53,063 nt of DNA, taken from Candidatus Nanopelagicales bacterium. Its GTDB lineage: Bacteria; Actinomycetota; Actinomycetes; S36-B12; UBA5976. Positions 1-11,849 of the stretch are shown here, one piece after another (position 1 is the first letter of the stretch; every line of letters begins with the position of its first letter). The DNA is taken from assembly GCA_044341215.1 (NCBI GenBank), contig JBIISC010000005.1, forward strand, positions 1 to 53,063. The letters are read 5' to 3'. The position numbers were made by a program, and so were the translations under genes. Below the pieces are notes generated by a model that had not been told where the DNA came from, searched no databases, and was given only the letters and a program-made list of their open reading frames with translations.

Positions 1-2
1 GA

Positions 3-476
3 AAGTCTGGAAATCAAACGCCTTTCATCGCGCTCACTGCCAGAAATGAGAAGTTGGATGTAACGCAGGGTTTGCGAGATGGCGCGGATGACTACATCAC
101 AAAACCATTTGGTTTAGAAGAGCTAGTGCTGAGAATAAAAGCAGTCCTACGCAGAGCTGGGAAAACCACAGAGATTCAAGTCTTTACTATCGGTAATCTT
201 GTTCTCGATTACGAAAAGCACATTGTGTCTTGCGATGGCGATGAATTAGAAATATCACCAACCGAGTTCACACTCTTGCAAGTTTTGATGGAAAACCAAG
301 ACAAAGTTGTACGCAAACAAGTCTTGATGCGTGAAGTTTGGGGTTTTGATTTCGAGACTAATACTTCGGTCCTAGATACTTACATTTCGTACCTTCGCAA
401 GAAACTACCAGACAAGTCGCAAGTTCAAATAAAAACTATCCGTGGAGTGGGTTTCAAAATTGAGGCTGTCAAATGA
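3..476 (+). CDS. OmpR/PhoB-family response regulator (5'-truncated by window edge)
   Basis: Frame open from base 3 (KSGNQTPFIALTAR). Receiver end GADDYITKPF and winged-helix motifs (SPTEFTLL, VLDTYISYLRKKL, TIRGVGF). Confidence 0.93.
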   Translation, partial: KSGNQTPFIALTARNEKLDVTQGLRDGADDYITKPFGLEELVLRIKAVLRRAGKTTEIQVFTIGNLVLDYEKHIVSCDGDELEISPTEFTLLQVLMENQDKVVRKQVLMREVWGFDFETNTSVLDTYISYLRKKLPDKSQVQIKTIRGVGFKIEAVK

Positions 477-1801
477 AGCTAAGAACCAAGGTGCTCGCGA
501 GCTTTGCAGTAATCATGACTTTAAGCCTTTCCGTCTTCGGATTCTTCGCACTCAACTCAGTAGAGCGAGATGCAAAGAACCTACTTTCTACAAAAATGGA
601 ATCAGCCCTGCGTGAGATCAACTCATTAGATGATTCACCCATAACCGCATCATTTAGTGTGGCTGCCAATGTGGACTTTGAACTGCTAGTTGGCCTCTAC
701 GACTCAAAAGGTGAATTACTTAGTTTTACCGAGACTGAAATTGAACTCAACTCAATCGACAAACCAGACGTTTTGTCTGCAATTGCAAACCCGGTCGAAA
801 CCAATGGAACAAAGTCATACTTGATTAGGTCCATTGACCTTTTGAATGGCTCATTCATAATTCTGGCAACAGGTCTAGAGCCAGTTCAAGAATCTGTTTC
901 TGCTCTTCAACAACAAATTTTGTTTGCTATCTTGGTCATTTTGTTTGTAAGTCTCATTCTGGTTTTTATGATTATATATAAAGACTTGTCAGCAATAAAG
1001 AAATTGACTCGCGATGCAGATCTGATTTCGAATGGAAATCTTCAAGCCGAACTTTCGCTTATTCCTGGAAAATCAGAGGTTGCAGATCTTTCAAGATCCA
1101 TATCGGCAATGGCATTCACACTTCAAAAACAATCTACGGATATGCAGCAGCTGCTTGGAGATATATCTCACGAGCTAAAAACACCTCTAACTTCTATTAA
1201 GGGGTACACAGAACTCCTTTCTCAAAAACTATCAGAGTCTGAAGATGACATGCGAGCTTTTGAGATATTGCAAAGCGAAATAGATCACATGACTCGCTTA
1301 ATTGAAGACATACTTCTAATGTCGAGACTAGGTGCGATTAAGTATGAATTGGAAGACGAAGTTGATTTAGGCAAGTTAGTAAAAGCTCGCTTTGCAATTT
1401 TGCAAGAACTTCAACCGGAACGAGAAGTTAAAATCATCGATGAATGCAATCAAACCGTCAGGATTTCTTTGCCACTCATCACCAGGCTGATTGACAATCT
1501 AATTTCAAACACGATGGCTCACACGTTAGCCACTGATTCGGTCAGTATCTGCACATTCATTGAAGATGGAACTTGGTCGCTTCAGTATGAAGATTCTGGA
1601 AACGGCTTACCGCCGAGTTACTCACAAGCTCCGGGCAGTGACTTCATCCGTTTTGATGAGCGGAGATCTGAAGGTAAGGGGACAGGTTTGGGTCTAAGCA
1701 TCATCCAACAGATAGTTAATCAGCATGATGGCACTTTGGCTCTTGGCAAGAGTTACCTAGGCGGCCTCTTATTGAGAATAACAGCGCCCATCAAGAATTA
1801 A
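473..1801 (+). CDS. Sensor histidine kinase (HAMP, HisKA, HATPase)
   Basis: Two TM segments, H-box DISHELKTPLTSIKGY, N-box NLISN, G-boxes DSGNG and GTGLGL. ATGA overlap with the regulator. Confidence 0.93.
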   Translation: MKLRTKVLASFAVIMTLSLSVFGFFALNSVERDAKNLLSTKMESALREINSLDDSPITASFSVAANVDFELLVGLYDSKGELLSFTETEIELNSIDKPDVLSAIANPVETNGTKSYLIRSIDLLNGSFIILATGLEPVQESVSALQQQILFAILVILFVSLILVFMIIYKDLSAIKKLTRDADLISNGNLQAELSLIPGKSEVADLSRSISAMAFTLQKQSTDMQQLLGDISHELKTPLTSIKGYTELLSQKLSESEDDMRAFEILQSEIDHMTRLIEDILLMSRLGAIKYELEDEVDLGKLVKARFAILQELQPEREVKIIDECNQTVRISLPLITRLIDNLISNTMAHTLATDSVSICTFIEDGTWSLQYEDSGNGLPPSYSQAPGSDFIRFDERRSEGKGTGLGLSIIQQIVNQHDGTLALGKSYLGGLLLRITAPIKN

Positions 1802-1881
1802 CTTAAACTTGTCCTCATGTCGAGAGTCAAGGTGCTCATTCCATTACAAACGTTTAATCACGTTTTAGGTGGCTGGGAAAA

Positions 1882-2772
1882 GTGAATAGTCGTCCATCTA
1901 TTCGGCTTCTTCGGCCTAGGCAATGGGTTAAAAACTTACTAGTTTTCGTGCCAGCCTTGGCGGCGCATTTAGTGCCCAACGGGACGCAACGTATTCAACT
2001 AATTTTTGCCTTTTTGGCGATTAGTTTTTGCGCTTCAGCCGTTTATGTAATAAATGATTTATTTGACGCAGATTCAGATCGGTTGCATCCTACGAAAAAG
2101 AATCGACCAATTGCGGCCGGAGAAATCGGAAACACGACTGCAATAAATATTGCAATCGGGCTTTTAGTTGTTGCCGCCTTGCTCGCAGGTCATGTCAATG
2201 CAGTTTTTGTTTCATGGCTCGTGGGTTATTTTGCATTAACACTGCTCTACACGTTTTGGTTGAAGCAGCTTGTTTTAGTGGACTGCTTCACACTGGCAAC
2301 TCTCTACACGTTTCGCATTTTGGCTGGTGCAGCAGTTGTAAATATTCAGGTATCGTTTTGGCTTCTAGCCTGTTCAGGATTTCTATTCCTTTCGCTCGCT
2401 TTCGCAAAGCGCTATGGCGAAATAGCAATAAATGTTTCTCAAGGTCGCGAATATTTTGTTGGACGTGGATATCAAAACTCTGATGCCAATCTAATTCTTA
2501 ATTTTGGAGTCGGGTCTGGTTTGATTTCGACATTAGTTTTGGCACTTTACGTAAATAGCGGTTCGATAGTTGAGTTATATCGCACACCTTTCGTAATCTG
2601 GGGAACCGTTCCAATCTTGTTACTTTGGATATTCCGAATTTGGTTAAAAACTCATCGTGGTGAAATTGCAGACGATCCTTTGTTATATGCCACCAAAGAT
2701 CCGCTCAGTATTGCTGCAGGTCTTTTAGTCGCAGCATTGGTAGTTATTGGCGCTGAAGGTTGGATAGTTTGA
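1882..2772 (+). CDS. UbiA-family prenyltransferase, decaprenyl-phosphate phosphoribosyltransferase-like
   Basis: RPRQWVKNLLVF, YVINDLFDADSDRLHPTKKNRPIAAG and KRYGE motifs. Multi-TM; adjacent to DprE1/DprE2-like genes. Confidence 0.85.
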   Translation: MNSRPSIRLLRPRQWVKNLLVFVPALAAHLVPNGTQRIQLIFAFLAISFCASAVYVINDLFDADSDRLHPTKKNRPIAAGEIGNTTAINIAIGLLVVAALLAGHVNAVFVSWLVGYFALTLLYTFWLKQLVLVDCFTLATLYTFRILAGAAVVNIQVSFWLLACSGFLFLSLAFAKRYGEIAINVSQGREYFVGRGYQNSDANLILNFGVGSGLISTLVLALYVNSGSIVELYRTPFVIWGTVPILLLWIFRIWLKTHRGEIADDPLLYATKDPLSIAAGLLVAALVVIGAEGWIV

Positions 2773-4061
2773 AATTTCAATCTTGGGGTCGGTTAAGCGG
2801 TAGTCAAGGGGAAGTGAAATTAGTCTCCGATGTTGATCAAATTGCCGATTTACTCCATAACGGGGAAAACTCTCTTGCGTATGGTGCGGGCAGAAGTTAT
2901 GGAGATGTTTGCCTAAATCCAGACGGAACCTTATTGGCAATAGCTGGACTCGACAGATTTATCTCTTTTGATCCTGAGTGTGGTGTTTTAACTTGCGAGG
3001 CTGGGGTTTTGTTACGAGATATTCAGCGCCACTTCACTCCACTAGGTTGGGCATTGCCGGTAACACCTGGAACTCAGTTCGTAACCGTTGGTGGAGCTAT
3101 CGCAAATGATGTGCATGGGAAGAGCCACCATGTTCATGGAACCTTCGCACACAATGTTTTGAAATTCACTTTAATTAGAAGTGACGGCGATGTACTTGAA
3201 TGTTCTCCGGTTAAGAATCAGAAGTGGTTTGCAGCCACAATTGGTGGCATCGGATTAACCGGTGTGATTTCCACAGCCACCCTTCAGCTGCAGCCAATCG
3301 CGAGTTCCTGGATAGATACTGAAACTATCCCGTTTGGATCGGTAGAAGAATTCTTCAAACTCACAACGGAGACAAATCCACTTTGGGAAAACTCGGTTTC
3401 CTGGATCGACTGCACCACAAAGCGAAAAAACCACGGCCTTTTGATGTTGGGAAATCGCTCGCAATCTTCAAAGCCTGCAAAATTCAAGGACGGAATTAGA
3501 TTTCCGTTTGAGCCGCCATTTTCATTGGTGAACAAATTGACGCTAAAGCCTGGGAACCTTGGCTATTACGCACTAAATCGAATGAAGCCGCGCAAATCAA
3601 CCGTTCATTACGAGAAATTCTTCTATCCTTTGGACGGCGTGAAGGAATGGAACAAGGTTTACGGCCCTAAGGGTTTCTTCCAATATCAAAGTGTTATTCC
3701 GCCTGAAAATGCACTTGAAGGCACGAAAGAGATGCTGAAAGAGATTAGCAATTCGGGCCAAGGTTCTGTCCTAGGAGTGCTTAAAGCCTTCGGTGATAAA
3801 CCATCACTCGGAATGCTGAGCTTTCCAATGGCTGGAACCACACTTGCACTCGATTTTCCAAATTGTGGCATGGAGACAGAACAGTTATTCCAACGTCTCG
3901 ATGCAATCGTAAAAGCTGCGAATGGTCGGGTGTATTTGGCAAAGGATGCTCGAATGTCGCGAGAAATGTTCGAAAGTGGCTACGACCAAATTCTAAACTT
4001 CAAGAAGTTTAGAGACCCTAAGATAAGTTCGGCAATGTCAAAGAGATTGTTAGGTAGTTAA
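2769..4061 (+). CDS. FAD-binding oxidoreductase, DprE1-like decaprenylphosphoryl-ribose oxidase
   Basis: GAGRSYGD, PGTQFVTVGGAIANDVHGKSH, GFFQYQ, LALDFP and GRVYLAKD motifs. TTG at 2769 overlaps the upstream stop; the ORF track start is 2760. Confidence 0.85.
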   Translation: MKFQSWGRLSGSQGEVKLVSDVDQIADLLHNGENSLAYGAGRSYGDVCLNPDGTLLAIAGLDRFISFDPECGVLTCEAGVLLRDIQRHFTPLGWALPVTPGTQFVTVGGAIANDVHGKSHHVHGTFAHNVLKFTLIRSDGDVLECSPVKNQKWFAATIGGIGLTGVISTATLQLQPIASSWIDTETIPFGSVEEFFKLTTETNPLWENSVSWIDCTTKRKNHGLLMLGNRSQSSKPAKFKDGIRFPFEPPFSLVNKLTLKPGNLGYYALNRMKPRKSTVHYEKFFYPLDGVKEWNKVYGPKGFFQYQSVIPPENALEGTKEMLKEISNSGQGSVLGVLKAFGDKPSLGMLSFPMAGTTLALDFPNCGMETEQLFQRLDAIVKAANGRVYLAKDARMSREMFESGYDQILNFKKFRDPKISSAMSKRLLGS

Positions 4062-4799
4062 GTGAAACGTATCGTTATTGTTGGAGCAACATCCACTATT
4101 GCAACCGAATGTGCTCGGATCTGGAATCTTGAAGACAATGTGGAATTCATTCTTGTTGCACGTGACAAGTCGAAGGCGAAACGAATCGCAAAAGACTTGA
4201 AGGTACGCAATCCAAATAATCACTTTATGATTGAAGAAATTGATTTTGAAAAACCGAAACAAATCGAATCACTTATTGAAACGATTGCAACCAAAAATAT
4301 CGACACTGTTTTGATCGCGCATGGCATCTTGCCCAATCAGCAAGAATCGCAAAACAATCTGCGCACGATTAAGGAAGCAGTTAGTGTCAACGCATCGTCA
4401 GTTGCGATGTTCGCTGAAGGTTTTGCAAGTGAGATGGCGTTCACTGGCGGCACGATAGGTGTGATTGGTTCAGTAGCTGGAGATAGAGGCCGCAAGACCA
4501 ATTACCTCTATGGATCAACAAAAGCTCTGGTAGAGACCTTCACTCGCGGTCTGGCACATCGATTTGCTGGAACCAGCCTCAAAATCGTCCTAATCAAGCC
4601 AGGCCCAACTGCCACTGCCATGACCGCAGAACTAACCCAAAAGGGGCAGAAACAGGCCAATCCGAGCCTCGTTGCTGCCCAGATAGTTAAAGGTATGAAG
4701 GCTGGCAAACCAGTCATTTACACCCCAGGAATCTGGCGCTGGATCATGTTGGTAATCAAACATCTACCTTCCCAGATCTTCAATCGCCTCAATATCTAA
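4062..4799 (+). CDS. SDR, DprE2-like reductase
   Basis: GATSTIA Rossmann variant, GSVAGDRGRKTNYLYGSTK (YxxxK), IKPGPTATAMT. Starts directly after the DprE1-like gene. Confidence 0.82.
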   Translation: MKRIVIVGATSTIATECARIWNLEDNVEFILVARDKSKAKRIAKDLKVRNPNNHFMIEEIDFEKPKQIESLIETIATKNIDTVLIAHGILPNQQESQNNLRTIKEAVSVNASSVAMFAEGFASEMAFTGGTIGVIGSVAGDRGRKTNYLYGSTKALVETFTRGLAHRFAGTSLKIVLIKPGPTATAMTAELTQKGQKQANPSLVAAQIVKGMKAGKPVIYTPGIWRWIMLVIKHLPSQIFNRLNI

Positions 4800-4830
4800 G
4801 ACTTCCAACAAACTAAACTCGGGCACCTAA

Positions 4831-6069
4831 TTGCCGGGAGAATTTGTGTCTGATGAGCTAACGCCTGAAACCGATCAGGTTGAGGTAGAAGTTGTTGAAA
4901 CACAAGAAGTAGAACCCAAAAAGCAGCGTAAATTCTTTCACCTGCCTAAAACAAAAGTTGGCAAATTCTTTTTCTACGGTGTTGGGGTTCCAATATTTCT
5001 AGTCGGTGCAGCGAGCGCGATATCTATCGCGATGATGTTGACCAAACCAAGTACCGATCCAGTGAGTGCAAGAGTTGCAGACTGGATGCGCGATCACGGA
5101 ATCGGTTTTGTGGTCACTGGAGTTGAATGGGTTGAATACCAACTGAATCCACCAACAATTGGTGGCGATCCAGACCAAGACATTATCGATGGGCAAGTAG
5201 ATAACTCGCCAACTCCTTCAGAGTCTTCAACTGAACCAGTCACTTTGCGCCAACCAATGCCAACTCAAGTCACACCTGCACTAAAAGGTGAAGGCATCTT
5301 CAAAACCAAAGTTGAAGTGGATGGGGTTCCAGTAATTCAAGTTGCATATGTGCGACCAGATAAAGAACACACTTCTTATCTCGCTGGCGTGGTGTGGATG
5401 AGCGGAAAGCATGTTTCCTTCGAACAACATCCCGGCACTGACGATCCAGGCCAACTTGAAAGATGGTCCACTGGCATACAAGCTCCTAAAAATGAAGCAT
5501 CAGGAATGATTGCAACGTTCAATGGCGGTTTCAAAGTTGCAGATTCACAAGGTGGTTATTACCAAGACAACATCACACTTGGAAAGCTGCAAAACGGCTC
5601 TGCTTCAATCGTGGTTTACAAAGATGGAACACAAGATGTTGGCATGTGGGGTCGCGACTTCAAAATGTCACCAGATGTGAAATCTGTTCGACAAAACCTC
5701 AAACTTCTAGTCGACAATGGAAAACTCTCGACTAACGTGGATTCAGCAGTTAGTTCATCATGGGGTGCGACTCTTGGCGGTGGGCTATATGTGTGGCGAA
5801 GTGGCATTGGCGTAACCGCCAATGGCGACTTTGTGTATGTTGTGGGAGATGCGCTCTCTGCCCGTACACTGGCCGAAATCCTCGTCAAAGCTGGTTGTGT
5901 GCGAGCAATGCAGCTCGACATTAACCGCTGGTGGGTTTCATACATGTGGTACTTGCCAAATGAACGTGGTCATTTAAACCCATACAAGCCAGTTGAATTC
6001 CCGCGTCCCGCAAACCGCTACCAAGTTGAAGCCAGCCGAGACTTTTTCGTCATCTACTTCAAGCCATGA
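4831..6069 (+). CDS. Membrane-anchored phosphodiester glycosidase (NAGPA-like) family protein
   Basis: Single N-terminal TM, Pro/Ser/Thr linker, ATFNGGF, WRSGIG and AMQLDIN motifs. Exact start uncertain. Confidence 0.7.
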   Translation: MPGEFVSDELTPETDQVEVEVVETQEVEPKKQRKFFHLPKTKVGKFFFYGVGVPIFLVGAASAISIAMMLTKPSTDPVSARVADWMRDHGIGFVVTGVEWVEYQLNPPTIGGDPDQDIIDGQVDNSPTPSESSTEPVTLRQPMPTQVTPALKGEGIFKTKVEVDGVPVIQVAYVRPDKEHTSYLAGVVWMSGKHVSFEQHPGTDDPGQLERWSTGIQAPKNEASGMIATFNGGFKVADSQGGYYQDNITLGKLQNGSASIVVYKDGTQDVGMWGRDFKMSPDVKSVRQNLKLLVDNGKLSTNVDSAVSSSWGATLGGGLYVWRSGIGVTANGDFVYVVGDALSARTLAEILVKAGCVRAMQLDINRWWVSYMWYLPNERGHLNPYKPVEFPRPANRYQVEASRDFFVIYFKP

Positions 6070-6080
6070 GCAGATTCAAG

Positions 6081-6638
6081 TTATTTCTTCTTAATCTGGG
6101 AAATACTTGCTTTTACTAAATCCACAAGTAGTTTTGCATCAACTTTCCAGTCACTTGGAACTTGAATAGTTTTTTTGTTCACTTTGTAGTCAGTCAAGCG
6201 TTTTTCAAACTTTGCAATGACATCTGCACCCCAGGGAGCAATCAAGATATGGTTCTTCAAGACGCTCACACCAAAAATATAGTCATCACCAATTTTGAGC
6301 ATCGGCTGATTCCAAGCAATCACAAGATCGGCTTTTGGAAAGGCATCTTGTAAAACTTTAAATATGGCTTTCGCAGTCTTTTTCTTCACCGCATCATGTG
6401 GCTCTAGGTATTGGGCAAGTGTGTTGAAGCGCTTTGCTGTTGTTGAACCGCGAGAATACATAACCAGGGCATTGGCGTGAGCCTGAGAGAAGCCGTGGTT
6501 CTCTTTTAAGTAAGCAATTTGCTCGGGATACTTTTGCCCAGCTAACTCAGCCATCACTGAGTGCCAATACTGCATTGGCTGCCCATGTTTCTTCTCAATC
6601 GCAGGGAAGAATGAGGAACGCTCTTTGTTTTCTGGCAT
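6081..6638 (-). CDS. DUF4287 + DUF1801-like two-domain protein
   Basis: SFFPAIEKKHGQP...LKENHGFSQAHANALV (DUF4287-like) followed by IAWNQPM (YdhG/DUF1801-like). Start moved to ATG 6638 because of a leaderless TAGATT-N6-ATG. Confidence 0.7.
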   Translation of the reverse strand: MPENKERSSFFPAIEKKHGQPMQYWHSVMAELAGQKYPEQIAYLKENHGFSQAHANALVMYSRGSTTAKRFNTLAQYLEPHDAVKKKTAKAIFKVLQDAFPKADLVIAWNQPMLKIGDDYIFGVSVLKNHILIAPWGADVIAKFEKRLTDYKVNKKTIQVPSDWKVDAKLLVDLVKASISQIKKK

Positions 6639-6656
6639 GGGCAAAATCTAGTATCA

Positions 6657-8033
6657 CTACAACAGTGTTGCTTCGATACCGATATTCCAGACAGTATTGC
6701 TATTACCCGTAGCGGTGATTACAACTGCACCACCGCCAGAGGCATAGAACACATCGGATACGTAGGTAGCGCTCTTATCTAATGTCAAGATCGCCACAGG
6801 CGCAGTCCAGTTTGCACCGTTTTTAACAGACTTATAAACCTTGCGGCTACTGCCTGCGCCATCGCCAGATCCAATTATTACTGGATTAGAACCGTCGCTG
6901 GTGATTTCATGGAAGTAGTAATCGCCGCTTGCCCAATTCTTAGCGCTGGCTAGTTCACCCAATTTGCCAACCTTAACCACATAGTCAGCGCTATTAGTTG
7001 CGTAGGACTCGTAGGCCGCCCAGATATTTTCGCCAACGACTGCAAGTTTGATGCGGTTTGCTTCATATGACTTAGCTAATGCAGCTTTGTCTGAAGGTGT
7101 GAAACTTGTCGCACCTGACTGGCTGATGGATGCAAAAACTTTTACAGGGATTTCGTTATAACCACTCATCCAAGAAATTGCCGCCTTGCCACCTTCGGTC
7201 AAAACTGTTGACCCGATGAAGTAAGCGTAATTCTGAACCTTAGCCTTGAAATTGAGTGAATCGATTTTGACAGCATTTCCCCAAGGCGCATCAGGTGCTG
7301 ATCGACGAGCTGCGAAGATTGCAAAAGTTGAGCCTTTCAATTCTGCTTTCCATCCTTTAGTGTCGCGAAAAGTCATCCAGCTCATTACTTGGTTGCCGGC
7401 TTCATTTGTTACCAAACGAATGTCGAAAATTTGGTAGTTGCAATTTTCTGGAGTTTTAGTGCAATTGCCGAAAACGTTTGCGTTTACAGCATTTGCTACA
7501 TTTTCAAATGCAAAAGGCGAATACTCATCTGTACGGGTCCATGTGACGTATTGCAATGAGTCCGAAAGCGACCGCACGCCAGCGATGGTGACACTTTCGC
7601 CATTGGAAACCATGTCGAGATCGTTAAACCATTGTCCAGTGACGCTGCTATCTGGGACATCAATCGCACTCTGCCAATTAGTTTCTCCAGCGAGTAGTTC
7701 CCGATATTTGATCACTTCTTCATCCAACCAAGCAACGAGTATTAAGCCACTATCAGTTACGGTGACTTGAGGAGACGCGAATGGGGTAAAAGTTAAAGTG
7801 GCAATTGCTTGCTTGTCTGTCCATGCGCTAGAACCACGCTTGTATGAAATCCAAACTTTAGAAGAATCGTCATCCACACGCTTGCCCCACACAACAGCAC
7901 TAACTGTGCCATTTGTGGCTTGATCGCGACGGCCTAAGTCTTTTTGGCCGCCAGATAGGTCAATTCCACTAGCGGAGCTGAGTGGCGTTAAAGCCAGAAC
8001 TAGCCCGCAAATTGCGATGAGAGTTTTGCGCAT
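6657..8033 (-). CDS. Secreted hypothetical beta-rich (propeller-like) protein
   Basis: Signal peptide MRKTLIAICGLVLALTPLSSA, GAGGAG RBS, recurrent W-containing beta segments. Confidence 0.7.
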   Translation of the reverse strand: MRKTLIAICGLVLALTPLSSASGIDLSGGQKDLGRRDQATNGTVSAVVWGKRVDDDSSKVWISYKRGSSAWTDKQAIATLTFTPFASPQVTVTDSGLILVAWLDEEVIKYRELLAGETNWQSAIDVPDSSVTGQWFNDLDMVSNGESVTIAGVRSLSDSLQYVTWTRTDEYSPFAFENVANAVNANVFGNCTKTPENCNYQIFDIRLVTNEAGNQVMSWMTFRDTKGWKAELKGSTFAIFAARRSAPDAPWGNAVKIDSLNFKAKVQNYAYFIGSTVLTEGGKAAISWMSGYNEIPVKVFASISQSGATSFTPSDKAALAKSYEANRIKLAVVGENIWAAYESYATNSADYVVKVGKLGELASAKNWASGDYYFHEITSDGSNPVIIGSGDGAGSSRKVYKSVKNGANWTAPVAILTLDKSATYVSDVFYASGGGAVVITATGNSNTVWNIGIEATLL

Positions 8034-8221
8034 GAATATCTCCTCTTAGGTATTGCGCAAACTTATCGTGGACGCTTTAGGAAGGTCCAAACACGCTTGG
8101 GGTCACAGTCGAAAATGGGATTTCCCATGCACAAAATTGCGGGACTTTCGCCACTAAGTTAATTGGCTTTGCGGGCGTATCCTTTACATGAAGCAAATTA
8201 GTGCTTCAGATCGAGGGAAAA

Positions 8222-9016
8222 ATGTCCAGAACATATGTAGTCACTGGTGCCGGCTCCGGCATAGGTGCAAAGACTCGTGAACTTTTACTTGCCTCAGGTG
8301 CGACAGTGGTCGGTGTTGATATCAAGAACGCCGACGTTGAAGCGGATTTAAGCACTCCAGCCGGCCGCGCACTTGGTGCGCAAAAAGCTGTTGAAGCTGC
8401 TCATGGAAAGGTTGACGCAATAATTGCATGTGCTGGATTAGCGCATCCAATTCCTGCAACCGTATCGGTTAACTTTTTTGGAGTCACAGAATTTCTAACC
8501 GAAATGTTGCCAGAACTTTCAAAGAGCAAGTCACCGCGTGTGGCGGTTACGTCTTCTATGGCTTCATTGATGCCTAACGATTCAGAGCTTGTTGAAGCAA
8601 TGATGGCTGGTGATGAAACAAAAGCTGTTGCAAGAGCTGCAGCATTAGTTGCAACTGGTGGGGGAGCCGAGCAGTTGATTTATGGCTCGACAAAACGTGC
8701 AATTAGTCGCTGGATTCGTCGAGTATCGCCGATGGCTGATTGGGCAGGTGCAGGAATTCCACTTAATGCAGTAGGTCCTGGCATTGTTGAGACACCAATG
8801 GTCGCAGACATGATTGCGACAGAGGAAGCTCGTAAAGGCATGCTTGAGTTGGTCCCTATGCCACTTCATGGCTTTATGAAACCAGAAGTTATCGCGAAAG
8901 CTTTGATTTGGTTGACGAGCGAAGACAACACCCACATGACCGGCCAGACAATTTATATTGATGGCGGTTCGGATGTGGTTTTGCGTGGAGACAATATTTG
9001 GGATTTGACTAAATAA
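8222..9016 (+). CDS. SDR oxidoreductase (3-alpha-hydroxysteroid dehydrogenase/carbonyl reductase-like)
   Basis: VTGAGSGIG, YGSTK, NAVGPG and IDGGSD motifs. GAGGG RBS before ATG 8222. Confidence 0.8.
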   Translation: MSRTYVVTGAGSGIGAKTRELLLASGATVVGVDIKNADVEADLSTPAGRALGAQKAVEAAHGKVDAIIACAGLAHPIPATVSVNFFGVTEFLTEMLPELSKSKSPRVAVTSSMASLMPNDSELVEAMMAGDETKAVARAAALVATGGGAEQLIYGSTKRAISRWIRRVSPMADWAGAGIPLNAVGPGIVETPMVADMIATEEARKGMLELVPMPLHGFMKPEVIAKALIWLTSEDNTHMTGQTIYIDGGSDVVLRGDNIWDLTK

Positions 9017-9024
9017 ATCTACGA

Positions 9025-9062
9025 ACAAATATGGCCCAGGAAAAATCCTGGGCCATATTTGT
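9025..9062. terminator. Bidirectional intrinsic terminator between SDR and katG
   Basis: Perfect 17-bp inverted repeat ACAAATATGGCCCAGGA / TCCTGGGCCATATTTGT with a 4-nt loop between convergent genes. Confidence 0.85.
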
Positions 9063-9068
9063 CTTTAA

Positions 9069-11234
<2,166 letters not shown>

Positions 11235-11329
11235 CTACTTGCTCTACTTAGCATGGGGCAAGTATGGAGGGGCGCCTAATTGCTAGCAAAACATATAGAG
11301 AATCGATGAAAATGGAGTGCTAAAGATGG

Positions 11330-11788
11330 TTAGTCGCCCCATTTTGAGGGCAACTTATTCGCAGGAGTAGCGATGAATTGTTCATCGCCTTGTCTAGCAG
11401 GTTCACCAAGAAGTTGCCGGGCCAAAGCAAGTTGTCTGTCCACGAACACTCCATCGTATTTCGCGCCCCGACCAATAAGTCGATCAAAGCCGATGTGTGT
11501 GAACCAGAGAAAAACATAGGCCGTTGATGTGTGTTCAAACTTGAAGTCCGTAACCACTGAGATGAACATCGCGATTGCAGGCAGGGGATAGGTGTGAAGC
11601 AAATCGTAAATAAGTTCTACTTTTCGGTTATTGCGAAATCTCTCAGGAAAAAATAAATCTGGCACGAATACTGCGACCAAAACCCAGAGATAGGAAAGAT
11701 TGAATTGAGAGTATGCAGCTAGAGAGGAAAGCACCAAAACAGTTCCCTCAATTTTCAAAATGGGTAACTTGCGTTTGCGCTTTGCCAT
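11330..11788 (-). CDS. DUF4260-like membrane protein
   Basis: LKIEG, PDL, YDLLHTY and HIGFDRLIG motifs. Leaderless TAGTAT-N6-ATG. Confidence 0.65.
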   Translation of the reverse strand: MAKRKRKLPILKIEGTVLVLSSLAAYSQFNLSYLWVLVAVFVPDLFFPERFRNNRKVELIYDLLHTYPLPAIAMFISVVTDFKFEHTSTAYVFLWFTHIGFDRLIGRGAKYDGVFVDRQLALARQLLGEPARQGDEQFIATPANKLPSKWGD

Positions 11789-11849
11789 GTCAAAATACTA
11801 TTGGGCTGACCCACTACAAACCTAAGCATTCAACCAATAGATTGAGCGC

